From contig OZ253462.1 of the NCBI GenBank assembly GCA_965261395.1, positions 1,184,001 to 1,248,000 on the forward strand: 64,000 nt of DNA, read 5' to 3'. Below the pieces are notes generated by a model. It did no database searches, was not told where the DNA came from, and saw only the letters and a program-made list of their open reading frames with translations. The translations under genes and the position numbers were made by a program. Positions 8,719 through 17,767 of the stretch are shown one piece after another; the first letter of the stretch is position 1; each line of letters opens with the position of its first letter. The stretch comes from Candidatus Latescibacterota bacterium. Lineage in GTDB: Bacteria > Latescibacterota > UBA2968 > UBA8231.

Positions 8719-10638
8719 ATGCCCAAATCGCCTTTCAGCATCAAGGGACTGCTAATCGGCATAGCCTTCTCCCTAGCGGTGGGCCTGCTCGCGCCGTATG
8801 GGGTCGTGTTCAATTACTATTGGGTCGGCTTCAATCCCTCTTCGCCGGGTGCGCTCTTTCTCTTTTTTGTTCTGACCTTTGCCGTCAATGGGTTCGTGGC
8901 CCTGATCGGCCGCCATTTCGCCCTGTCCAAGGCCGATCTGGTGCTGATTTACTGCATGTTGATGATGGCGGTCACGGTGCCGACTTGGGGCCTGATGTTT
9001 TTCCTCATTGGCACCATTGTCTATCCCTTCTACTACGCTACCCCAGAAAACAATTACGTCGAGCTGTTCTACGATTTTATCCCCTCGTGGATCGCACCGC
9101 AGGACTTTGAGGCCATCAAGAATTACTACGAGGGCCTGCCACAAGGCGAGGCCATCCCGTGGGGCGTCTGGGTGGAGCCGATGGCCTATTGGCTGGCGTT
9201 GATCGTGGCTATGAGCTTCATGTTGATCTGCATGAGCGCCATCCTCCACCGCCAGTGGTCGGAGCACGAGCGACTGACCTATCCGATGGTTCAGCTACCG
9301 CAGAACATGATTGAGAAGGACGCTGCCGCACGCCTAGCCCCCTTTTTCAAGGACCGGCGGATGTGGCTGGGGTTTGCCGTGCCCTTCCTCCTGCTCAGCC
9401 TCAACGCCCTCAACCACTACTTTCCCATTGTGCCCGAATACAACCCTCGCGGTCGTTTTTCCTTCTTCAACCATACCTTGCACCTGCCGATTGCGCTCAA
9501 TTTGGCTTGGGTCGGCTTCTTCTATTTGGTCAATCTCGAGATCACGTTCAGCATCTGGTTCTTCTACGTCTTCTCCAAGGTGGAGGAAGGGGTCTTCAAG
9601 ACCCTCGGCATTGCCAGCACTGAGCGCCTGAGCGCGTACGAGTACTCGCAGCCGGCCGATTTGACCCATCAAGCCACGGGCGCGGTCATTGTGTTGGTGC
9701 TCTTTGGGCTGTGGGTCGCCCGTCCCCATCTCAGAGAGGTATGGTGCAAACTCTGGGACCCGCGCGGCGGCGTCGATGACAGCGAGGAATTACTCAGCTA
9801 TCGCACGGCCTTGGTCGGCTTTTTGGGCAGCCTGCTCTTTGTCGCCGTTTGGCTCTGGCGTTCGGGAGTGCCGATTGCGGTGCTCCCAGTCCTGCTCGTC
9901 GTCAGCTTGCTGTTCTTCATCTTGGTCGCGCGCGTGGTGGCTACCGGCGGCGTGGCCACCGCCCGCAGCCCCATTGTCCCGGCGTTCTTCATCATTTCGG
10001 GTTTGGGCACTTCGGTCCTCGGGGCCAAGGGCTTGGTCGCTCTCAACTTCACCTTTATTTGGCAGGGAGAATCGCGCACCTCGCCGATGGTCGCCTGCGC
10101 CAATGGCCTCAAGCTCGCCGAGCTGATCCCCGGCCCTAAGACGCGGCTGTTTTGGGGTCTGATGCTGGCGCTGGTGTGCAGCCTTTTGGCCGCGGCCTAT
10201 ATGACCTTGAAACTGGCCTACACCCACGGAGCGATTAATCTGTCGCTGATCAATTGGGCTGGTGCCCACGGCTGGCCCTACCTCGGTCCGACCATTATCA
10301 ACATGCCTGAAGCCAACATGCGCGGCTGGCTCTTCAAGGGGATCGGCGCGGTCGTGGAGGGCTTTCTAATGTGGGCGCAGCACCGGTGGTTTTGGTGGCC
10401 TTTGCACCCGGTCGGCTTTGCTATTGCCGTGGGCTGGCTGACGAGTCAGATCTGGTTTTCGGCGCTGATCGCGTGGCTCTTGAAGCTGGTCATCGTCCGC
10501 TTTGGTGGCGTGCGCCTATTCCAGAATGCCAAGCCGTTCTTTTTGGGGTTGATTTTGGGCGAGGTTTCGGTCTCGGGGGTGTGGGGCGCGATCTATGCGC
10601 TGACCGCGGAAAAAGGGCGCTGGCTGACGAACATGTAG
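8719..10638 (+). CDS. Large polytopic membrane protein, DUF6785/DUF6784-like putative transporter
   Basis: About 15 or more hydrophobic segments; QWSEHERLTYP, WWPLHPVGF and KPFFLGLILG motifs recalled for this family. Confidence 0.7.
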   Translation: MPKSPFSIKGLLIGIAFSLAVGLLAPYGVVFNYYWVGFNPSSPGALFLFFVLTFAVNGFVALIGRHFALSKADLVLIYCMLMMAVTVPTWGLMFFLIGTIVYPFYYATPENNYVELFYDFIPSWIAPQDFEAIKNYYEGLPQGEAIPWGVWVEPMAYWLALIVAMSFMLICMSAILHRQWSEHERLTYPMVQLPQNMIEKDAAARLAPFFKDRRMWLGFAVPFLLLSLNALNHYFPIVPEYNPRGRFSFFNHTLHLPIALNLAWVGFFYLVNLEITFSIWFFYVFSKVEEGVFKTLGIASTERLSAYEYSQPADLTHQATGAVIVLVLFGLWVARPHLREVWCKLWDPRGGVDDSEELLSYRTALVGFLGSLLFVAVWLWRSGVPIAVLPVLLVVSLLFFILVARVVATGGVATARSPIVPAFFIISGLGTSVLGAKGLVALNFTFIWQGESRTSPMVACANGLKLAELIPGPKTRLFWGLMLALVCSLLAAAYMTLKLAYTHGAINLSLINWAGAHGWPYLGPTIINMPEANMRGWLFKGIGAVVEGFLMWAQHRWFWWPLHPVGFAIAVGWLTSQIWFSALIAWLLKLVIVRFGGVRLFQNAKPFFLGLILGEVSVSGVWGAIYALTAEKGRWLTNM

Positions 10639-10642
10639 CGAA

Positions 10643-11449
10643 TCAACAGGGCGGCCGCACCCAATGCCGCAATAGCGGCTTCACCTCTTCGGGCAATGCG
10701 CGATAGACTTCTGTGGGCAACAGGGTGGTGCCCGCCCCGAGTTCCTCGTCGCTCAAGCCTGTTTCCTCTATGAGACGCTGGCGCTCGGGCGTGCCCGGTG
10801 GCATGGACGGGTCTTGGGCGAGCCACCAGGGGAAATACGCCATAACCAAGCCGACCCGATCTTCGTCGCTGTTGTTGCTGCCGCTGCCGTGCCAAGTGCG
10901 GGCGTCGAACAGCACCACGCTGCCGGCCGGTCCAGTGGCCTGTATTTGGCCGGGGTGGGGAACGGGCAGGTCGAGTCCGCCGGTGCGATTGTTGTCCGCT
11001 CGATGGCTGCCTGGCACCAGCAAGGTGCCGCCGTTTTCTTGGGTGAACGGCGACAACATCCAAACTGCGGTGACCTTGGCGATGAAGTCCTGATACGGCG
11101 CGTCCATCCGCATGGGAGCCGATTGGATGTAGGGACCATCCGCGTGCAGGCTGCCTCCTTGGCAGCCCGGCTTGGAGACAAACCCTTTGGCGGTGCGCAT
11201 GCGCACGTAGGGCCCCCACAAGGCGCGCAGCGGTCCCAGAATTGCCTCATGGGCTAGGTACGGGGCAAAAGACTGGTTGACATTGAGGACGTCGGGAATG
11301 TCGATGCTGTCGGCATCTGGACGGACGTACTCGGCTGCGGTGGCTGCGATACTTTGTCGCACCCCATTGACTTCCGCTGCGGGGATGACGTTTTCGATGA
11401 GACACCATCCGTGTAGCTTAAGGTGAAAAAGGGTTTCTTCAACGGTCAT
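10643..11449 (-). CDS. PhyH-family Fe/2OG dioxygenase
   Basis: LHAD, WMLSPFTQENGGTLLVPGSH, WHGSG, distal Arg. Confidence 0.9.
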   Translation of the reverse strand: MTVEETLFHLKLHGWCLIENVIPAAEVNGVRQSIAATAAEYVRPDADSIDIPDVLNVNQSFAPYLAHEAILGPLRALWGPYVRMRTAKGFVSKPGCQGGSLHADGPYIQSAPMRMDAPYQDFIAKVTAVWMLSPFTQENGGTLLVPGSHRADNNRTGGLDLPVPHPGQIQATGPAGSVVLFDARTWHGSGSNNSDEDRVGLVMAYFPWWLAQDPSMPPGTPERQRLIEETGLSDEELGAGTTLLPTEVYRALPEEVKPLLRHWVRPPC

Positions 11450-11520
11450 GGTTTGTGTATCCCAGTGTCAGTTGATGATTGAATCAATAGCGGCCAAAAA
11501 AGGCGCTGGTCAGATGCCAG

Positions 11521-12975
11521 TCAAGTCAGCTCGTGCCTTGCCACGTAAATCGCGTATAGCTTTGGATCTTCGGGACGGATTCCGGCAAAGTTGAGGCGAA
11601 TGCGAATGGCTCCATCCCGGTGCTCGATCCATTCTTGGTTGGCCCATCTCACTGTCTGCTGCAATCCCGATTCGAGGGGCTGACAGTGCTCGGCGGTATA
11701 ACCGGCTAGGGGCCGGAAGTATTCGTCGAGGATTTCAACCGTTACCTGACCATATTCCGACAAGCCGTCGATGTTCAGCGCGACCTGCGCAGGTTGATCC
11801 TCTAGGTCAATCGGGGCTGAGATCACATGGCGGGTCTGCGGTGAACGGGGGGCGTCGAACACTTGGAAGTATCCGAGACGATCCCGCTGCCAGCTCGCTA
11901 GCCGGACGCCGTCACTGATGCTTTCCGGCCAAGGTGCGTACCAGAACAGCGTCTCATCGCCGACGTTTTCAAACCCCTGTCCCTGCACGAGTGCCGAGTG
12001 TTTGAAGCTGAATTCTGCGGGTAAGTGATAGAAACCGTCCTCGCCCGCGGTCACCATGCGAAAGTCGGGAATGGGTTCGCGGTAGTGCAGGGCGTCGTTG
12101 CTGACCACCAGACCAAGATCCATAGTAACGTGCCGCCGGTCGTCGTTTTCCGGCCCGTGCCACTGGCCGTACAGTCCGATGATCACGTTACCGCGATTCC
12201 ACAGGGCGGCACCGAGATGCACCTGTTCTCCCTGGTGCGGCCCGTACACCATGGGGCGCGGCGGGATGTTTTCGCGCCGCAAGCCGAGGCAGGAGGCCTG
12301 CTGCCAGCGTTCAAAATCGTATGAGACGAAGGTCACCAGTTGCCGCAGGCTGCCGAAATGACTGCCGCCATGGCCGCTGAGATAGTAGCAGCCGTTAAAT
12401 CTTGTGCCGCCGGTCATCTCGCACGACGGTAGCTCGGGCTGCCGCTCCGGTTCGTGCCAGCGCAGGCCATCGGCACTGAAGGCGACGGCGAACTTGGGCG
12501 AATACTTGCTCGTTTCGATGATCGCTTTGAAGCGTCGCGTGGGGTCTGGATCGTCGGGTTCGTAAAATACCACACACGCCTGAATGTGGTGTTCGCTGTC
12601 TAGGATGTGTACCAGATTGTTGGCTGTTGAGCCGCGATATTCCACCAAGCCAAGGTTTGGTTTCTCCCAGTGGTAGCCGTCGCGGCTCTTGGCGAAACAC
12701 ACCCGTTGATGCCAGTGCTCGTCATCGCCGTGCCCGAGATACCACATCCACAGTTCATCGCCTACGCGCAGCACTGTGCCGTAGTAGATGACGCGGGCAC
12801 AGTCTGGTGCGCCGGGCGGGCTAGGAGGAATCACAATCCTAGTGCGGTCAACGCCAGATTTATAGGGCACGAGGTGGAGTCTGACGCCGTGCTGAAATGG
12901 GATACTGTAGTCGTCAAAGGGGAACAATACGAGGTGATCGGAAGGTGCGCGTTCGGGGTTGTTCTTGAGTATCAT
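11521..12975 (-). CDS. Hypothetical beta-propeller glycosidase-like protein (Asp-box motifs)
   Basis: SRDGYHWEKP and SADGLRW Asp boxes; MWY propeller blade; start placed at MILKNN because the upstream extension is a repeat element. Confidence 0.65.
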   Translation of the reverse strand: MILKNNPERAPSDHLVLFPFDDYSIPFQHGVRLHLVPYKSGVDRTRIVIPPSPPGAPDCARVIYYGTVLRVGDELWMWYLGHGDDEHWHQRVCFAKSRDGYHWEKPNLGLVEYRGSTANNLVHILDSEHHIQACVVFYEPDDPDPTRRFKAIIETSKYSPKFAVAFSADGLRWHEPERQPELPSCEMTGGTRFNGCYYLSGHGGSHFGSLRQLVTFVSYDFERWQQASCLGLRRENIPPRPMVYGPHQGEQVHLGAALWNRGNVIIGLYGQWHGPENDDRRHVTMDLGLVVSNDALHYREPIPDFRMVTAGEDGFYHLPAEFSFKHSALVQGQGFENVGDETLFWYAPWPESISDGVRLASWQRDRLGYFQVFDAPRSPQTRHVISAPIDLEDQPAQVALNIDGLSEYGQVTVEILDEYFRPLAGYTAEHCQPLESGLQQTVRWANQEWIEHRDGAIRIRLNFAGIRPEDPKLYAIYVARHELT

Positions 12976-13028
12976 GGATGAACCTCGCTGAGGGCAGGAG
13001 GACTGTGTTATATACGCATTTTGGGTAT

Positions 13029-13056
13029 GAGATGCTTCGCTTCGCTCAGCATGACA
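13029..13056. repeat. REP-like intergenic element (single arm)
   Basis: GAGATGCTTCGCTTCGCTCAGCATGACA, matching from memory a dispersed TGTCATGCTGAGCG..GCGAAGCATCT extragenic repeat. Confidence 0.5.
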
Positions 13057-13091
13057 AGTTGTTTTTTCGGCCAACCGTTTTCAACCGCGTC

Positions 13092-14348
13092 TTAGTCCTC
13101 TTCTAGGGAGTCGTACACGATCTTCTTGACGACTCGGCTGAGGTCGGAGAAGGGCATGTATTGGGCGAGAGTGATCGCCACTAGCTCAGACTGCGGCGCA
13201 ATCCAGAACTCGGTGCTGGCTCCGCCGATCCAGCCGTATTCGCCGATCTGCGAGGCCGGCACCCAAGCGGACGGTTGCACCCGAACGGAAAAGCCCAGCC
13301 CAAAGCCCAGCCCTTGGTAGCGCTCCTGCGGTTGTTTTTTGATGGGTATCAGCGACATGGGTAACTGGTTGCTGGTCATCAGTTCGACCGTATCTGCTTG
13401 CAGCAGTCGTTGTCCAGCCAGCGCGCCCTTTCCCGCCAGCATCAGGCAAAAGCGCAAATAGTCGATGCCGGTGGAGACCAGTCCGCCGCCGCAGGAGAGG
13501 AACTTGGGCCGCTCTTGAAAGCTCCACTTGGTTGCGGTGCCACCCTGCGGGGCGTCAATGGCCTGCAAGCCGCCGGTGGGGTGCGGGCCGTACATGGCTG
13601 CAAACCGATGGAGTTTGTCCGCTGGGACGTGGAACCCGGTGTCCTCCATGCCCAGCGGTTGAAAGATCCGCTCGGCGAGGAATTCGTCGAACAGGCGGCC
13701 CGAAGCTACCTCTACGAGCCGTCCGACAATGTCGGCTGCAATGCTGTAGTACCACTGCGTTCCGGGGTGGAACAGGAGCTGGACGCGGTTGAGGTGGGCC
13801 ACTAGTTCCCGCAGGTCGCATTCACTCAGAGGGGGTAACCCGGCCTCGCGGTAGAGCGTATCGACGGCGACGTTGCCGGGCAGGCCGGAGGTGTGCCGCA
13901 GCAGATCGCGGACGGTCATTGCGTCCCCCGTGCGGAGGACGGACTGCACTCGTTTTGCTGCCGTTGGGTTGGGGGCGACTCGCATTCCCTTCAGTTCAGG
14001 GAGGTAATTTGCAACCGGGGCATCGAGTTGCAGTTTGCCATCCTCGTAGAGCATCATCGCGGCCGCGCTGCCGACCGCCTTGGTCATCGAATAGATGCGG
14101 AAGATGGCGTCCTTGTCCATTGGCGCGTCGGCCTCGACATCCATCTTGCCGCGTGCCTCGAAGTAGGCTACCGCACCGCGCCGAGCGACGATGATGACCG
14201 CGCCGGCGAGCTGCTGGGCGTCAATGAAGCTCTGCACGGCCGCGTCGAGCCGGTCGCTTAGCGCGGGCGCAAAGCCGAGTTGCTGAGGAGCCGATGTTGG
14301 GAGGGGCGTATCGCGGTGCCGCGCCGCGTGGAGTGGTTGCTTGGTCAT
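13092..14348 (-). CDS. Serine hydrolase, beta-lactamase family
   Basis: FRIYSMTK (SxxK), DLLRHTSGL, WYYS, PLGMEDT, YGWIGG. Confidence 0.92.
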   Translation of the reverse strand: MTKQPLHAARHRDTPLPTSAPQQLGFAPALSDRLDAAVQSFIDAQQLAGAVIIVARRGAVAYFEARGKMDVEADAPMDKDAIFRIYSMTKAVGSAAAMMLYEDGKLQLDAPVANYLPELKGMRVAPNPTAAKRVQSVLRTGDAMTVRDLLRHTSGLPGNVAVDTLYREAGLPPLSECDLRELVAHLNRVQLLFHPGTQWYYSIAADIVGRLVEVASGRLFDEFLAERIFQPLGMEDTGFHVPADKLHRFAAMYGPHPTGGLQAIDAPQGGTATKWSFQERPKFLSCGGGLVSTGIDYLRFCLMLAGKGALAGQRLLQADTVELMTSNQLPMSLIPIKKQPQERYQGLGFGLGFSVRVQPSAWVPASQIGEYGWIGGASTEFWIAPQSELVAITLAQYMPFSDLSRVVKKIVYDSLEED

Positions 14349-14432
14349 CCGTTCTCCCCAATGTTATATGCGAGCGAGTGGTTGTGCATAATACTCTAAA
14401 ACCTTTTAAACACCGAGAGAAGGAAGAAAGTT

Positions 14433-15062
14433 ATGCCGATGTTCAGAAGTGAGGACCAGTATCCCAATTGGTGTGAGTTGGAGCATTTTGAGGTCGTGCG
14501 GCTCAACGCAGGCGATGAACACGGCTTTGCGCGCCGTGGCAAGGTGGAGAAGCTGATCGTGGGAGTTGGGCGCTGTCGGCTGCGGGTGGGTGCCGAGGAG
14601 GTCGAAGCCGCCACGGGTGCCAATCTGGATTTGGTCGGTGCGGGTTCTTTTGAGGTACTGGAGGTAGAAGAGGCGGCCACGCTGGTGCGCTTTTGCGGAC
14701 GCTGGGGAGCGAAGACGGGCGGTTCGGGCATCTTCAACATGGACAATAGTCCCCAGCCCGAGGATAAGGGCGACCCGGTCCCGTACGAGAAATGGACCAA
14801 TTTCGATTGCCACTTTCACGACTGCGACGAGTATTGGGTCATCGTGGAAGGTCAGGCCCGCGCCGTTTCCGAGGGCAAGACGTACGAAATGAAGCCGGGA
14901 GACTGCCTTGCCACGGGCATGGGGCACCATCACGATATGCCGTTGGTGCATGAGCCGGTGCGGGGGGTGTACTTTGAAACGACCCTAGAAGGCCAGAAGC
15001 GGCGAGGGCATTTGTGGGATCATACTCACGGTCAGGCCGAACCCCAGGCGGAACGGGTGTAG
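14433..15062 (+). CDS. Cupin-domain protein
   Basis: HFHDCDEYW motif 1 and PGDCLATGMGHHH motif 2. Confidence 0.8.
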   Translation: MPMFRSEDQYPNWCELEHFEVVRLNAGDEHGFARRGKVEKLIVGVGRCRLRVGAEEVEAATGANLDLVGAGSFEVLEVEEAATLVRFCGRWGAKTGGSGIFNMDNSPQPEDKGDPVPYEKWTNFDCHFHDCDEYWVIVEGQARAVSEGKTYEMKPGDCLATGMGHHHDMPLVHEPVRGVYFETTLEGQKRRGHLWDHTHGQAEPQAERV

Positions 15063-15165
15063 CAGATCGCCTCGCATGGTCCTGTTCGAGGACATCACGC
15101 TTAAGCCGCCGAGCGGCGAGATCCCCAAAGTACCCGTGTCCATGCATCCCTACTTCGACAAGTGA
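15063..15165 (+). pseudogene. C-terminal remnant of a lost gene (possibly TldD-related metallopeptidase)
   Basis: Reads (SPR)MVLFEDITLKPPSGEIPKVPVSMHPYFDK* directly after the cupin stop; coding-like, no RBS. Confidence 0.4.
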
Positions 15166-15205
15166 AGGCCGTGTTGCTGAGACGCCCCCTCAGACTCCGA
15201 GCGGG

Positions 15206-16210
15206 TTAGACGCCGGTGAAGGCTTTGGCCTTGTCTTCGGTCTTGGGTGGCCGCGTCGGGCGGGTGGCGCGCACCTCGCCCCATAGGGCGATGGCGATGC
15301 CCACGAGGATGATGCCGCCGCCGATGAGCTGGGCAGGCATGGGCACCTCGCCGAGGATGAGAGCGGCGAAGAGCACACCGGCTATCGGCGAAAAGGACGC
15401 CGCCGTGGCAATATCGGCGGGGCGCACGCGCTTGATGCCGGCAAACCACGCCAACTGACCACAAGCCACCACGACCCCTCCGTACAGGAGCATCCAGCCC
15501 CATAGCAGCGGGGAGAAGATGTCGGCGAAGTGGTCAAGGCCAAAAACGTATAGGCCAATTCCGAGGAAGAAGAGCGCGCCGACTAGGTTGCGGAAGACGC
15601 TGAAGATGCCCAAGGGGATGGTCTGGAGTTGTTTGCGGCCGATTTCGGCACCGCAGACGAGGAGCACCGTAGCGGCGGCGGCAAAGAATTCACCATGGCC
15701 TACTCCGCCCTGCATCCGCGCTGCGGTCATGCTCTCTGGCGACGCGTCCATCTGCAAGACGAGGGTCGTGGCCACGCCGGCGAGGGCGCACAAGGCCCCC
15801 AGTACTGCACTCCAGCTCGACTTTTCTCGATAGAGCAGCCAAGCCAACAACAGGCCGAGGGGAATTTCTATCGTCTCAATTAGGACGATGTTGGTGACGG
15901 AGGTATGGGCGATGGCCGTAAACATCATGGCCGGGGCTATCGCGCCGGAGGTAAGGGCCAAGGCCGTCTGGATCAGCCATTGCCGAGGCGATAGGGAGCG
16001 CAGACGGGCGGGACGCCATTCCCGGTGATAGAGGGCCAACAGGGTTAGCGCCGCTACGAGATTGCCGGCGAAAAGTAGGTTGCAAAAGGAGATGGGATTG
16101 CGGCCGTCTATCAGGTTCGCCTCGCCGATTTCGACGAGACGGGCCACCACCGAAGCGGCGGCGGCGAAGATCAGTATGGCGATCCACAGGTATATGCGTC
16201 CCCAGGTCAT
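15206..16210 (-). CDS. DMT/EamA family transporter
   Basis: About 10 TM segments in two EamA-like repeats; ILGE..LIGGGIIL C-terminus. Confidence 0.88.
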   Translation of the reverse strand: MTWGRIYLWIAILIFAAAASVVARLVEIGEANLIDGRNPISFCNLLFAGNLVAALTLLALYHREWRPARLRSLSPRQWLIQTALALTSGAIAPAMMFTAIAHTSVTNIVLIETIEIPLGLLLAWLLYREKSSWSAVLGALCALAGVATTLVLQMDASPESMTAARMQGGVGHGEFFAAAATVLLVCGAEIGRKQLQTIPLGIFSVFRNLVGALFFLGIGLYVFGLDHFADIFSPLLWGWMLLYGGVVVACGQLAWFAGIKRVRPADIATAASFSPIAGVLFAALILGEVPMPAQLIGGGIILVGIAIALWGEVRATRPTRPPKTEDKAKAFTGV

Positions 16211-16213
16211 ATT

Positions 16214-17599
16214 TCAGGATTGGCCGAAGTTTTTTATCGTCAGTCCGTCATGTCCCTGATCGGGCAAGCCAACGTTATTCCACAGGTCGAGTTCAAACGA
16301 GTTGAGTATGCGAAGAATTTCGTCGCTGCTGCCAAGCGAGTATCTGGGAAATCGAGTGGAATCCATCGGAGTGCCAAGTGCAAGATCATTACCGAAACCT
16401 GTTCTCATTTGTCCTATATATTGATACCCTCGCAGGATTCGGAAATTTTCTATTTTCTCTGGCACAGATAAACGCGGCAAGGGATATCCGTAAATGCGCG
16501 TTTCCAATTCCAAAGCGTATTCAGCTACCGGAGCTCCAGCATGATTCCTGAGTCTATCAATCCAGACCAGCAAGTTGGCAAATATGGTAATTAGCCATTC
16601 AGCGGGCAGGATGCCTCCTCTGTATCGGTGGTCAAAGAATAGATTTGTTGAACGGAAAGAAGTCAGACCTAGTTCAACGAGTCCGTTACAGTGTATTTCT
16701 CGGTACACTTTTTTAGTAACGTTGAGTTCAGCATCAGCAAAGTTTCGGGGATGGGGATACCCGCCCATTTTTGCACCGCGTAAAATCGGTCGCCAGTCTT
16801 TCGCTGCGGCCGGGATTTTAAGGCTCCCACCTTCTAATTCGCAGAGATCATCGCCTGAGCTGGCTATAACGCTGTGCCAAGCCAACTCATCCCTCAACGC
16901 TTCATGGCTAGGGTCGAACCATATTTCGTCGCCCAAGGGTACAGCAGTTGCCCGGATGCCTATTGCATCTTGGTTCCAATCACTAAAGCCACGGAATTCC
17001 TCCTCGAACCGTTCCGACCGTTCATTGAGCAACGTATCGAGTTTTTCTGTTCCTCTTGCAAGATTGAGCACAAGGTCTTGGATTTCACGCATGGTCATTT
17101 TCTCACATCTATCAGATCGTCGGATGGGGCAAACAAGACTAGGTATGACGCGGTGTGGAGCCAGCCTTGAACGGCCGACGCGAATGACGATGGCACCGGC
17201 ATCATCTTGTGTTATTATGGGAATAATTTCAAGACCCGGAATGTGCGGTTCTACGCAATTGCCAAATACCGACTCTAGGCGATTTGCTAGGTCGGCACAA
17301 TGAGGAATAGGCGAAATTTCATTAGCGACTCCCGGCCCATTTCTGGACTCGTTCTGGTCTATACCCAGTATGAGAGCACCGCCAAAAGCGTTTGCAAAAG
17401 CGACAGATTTCTCAAGAATCACGTCTCTCGCTTTGTCGCCCAGCTTCTGGTTATAGTACCAAGAATCTTTTTGTCCCTTTTTTACTGATAAGTCTCTCTT
17501 GAATTCAATCCGTTCGTCTTCCTGAACACTTGAATCAATCAATGCTTGCAGATCATTGATATCCAACAGGTCGGCAGGTTTGGTGAGTATGTCTATCAT
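16214..17599 (-). CDS. Schlafen/AlbA_2 domain protein (lower GC)
   Basis: QEDERIEFK, VAFANAFGGALILGI, APH, RRSDR; AT-richer than its flanks. Confidence 0.85.
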   Translation of the reverse strand: MIDILTKPADLLDINDLQALIDSSVQEDERIEFKRDLSVKKGQKDSWYYNQKLGDKARDVILEKSVAFANAFGGALILGIDQNESRNGPGVANEISPIPHCADLANRLESVFGNCVEPHIPGLEIIPIITQDDAGAIVIRVGRSRLAPHRVIPSLVCPIRRSDRCEKMTMREIQDLVLNLARGTEKLDTLLNERSERFEEEFRGFSDWNQDAIGIRATAVPLGDEIWFDPSHEALRDELAWHSVIASSGDDLCELEGGSLKIPAAAKDWRPILRGAKMGGYPHPRNFADAELNVTKKVYREIHCNGLVELGLTSFRSTNLFFDHRYRGGILPAEWLITIFANLLVWIDRLRNHAGAPVAEYALELETRIYGYPLPRLSVPEKIENFRILRGYQYIGQMRTGFGNDLALGTPMDSTRFPRYSLGSSDEILRILNSFELDLWNNVGLPDQGHDGLTIKNFGQS

Positions 17600-17664
17600 G
17601 GGTCAGGTTTATCCCTTTTTTACCATTCCAACTTTTCGCGGCCAGTGCGTTTCGTGCTCCCACC

Positions 17665-17757
17665 TTACATCCACTCAGGTTCCGGCAGCTCTTTGACAAT
17701 GCGGTTGGCTTCCATGCTAACGCGGATGACGCAGGCGAGCAGTTTTAGCGGATAGTG
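17665..17757 (-). pseudogene. C-terminal remnant of a type ISP restriction-modification enzyme
   Basis: Reads HYPLKLLACVIRVSMEANRIVKELPEPEWM*, like the conserved type ISP end Y.L.L...VI.VS.ET..IV..LP. Confidence 0.65.
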
Positions 17758-17767
17758 ACGTAGTGGT

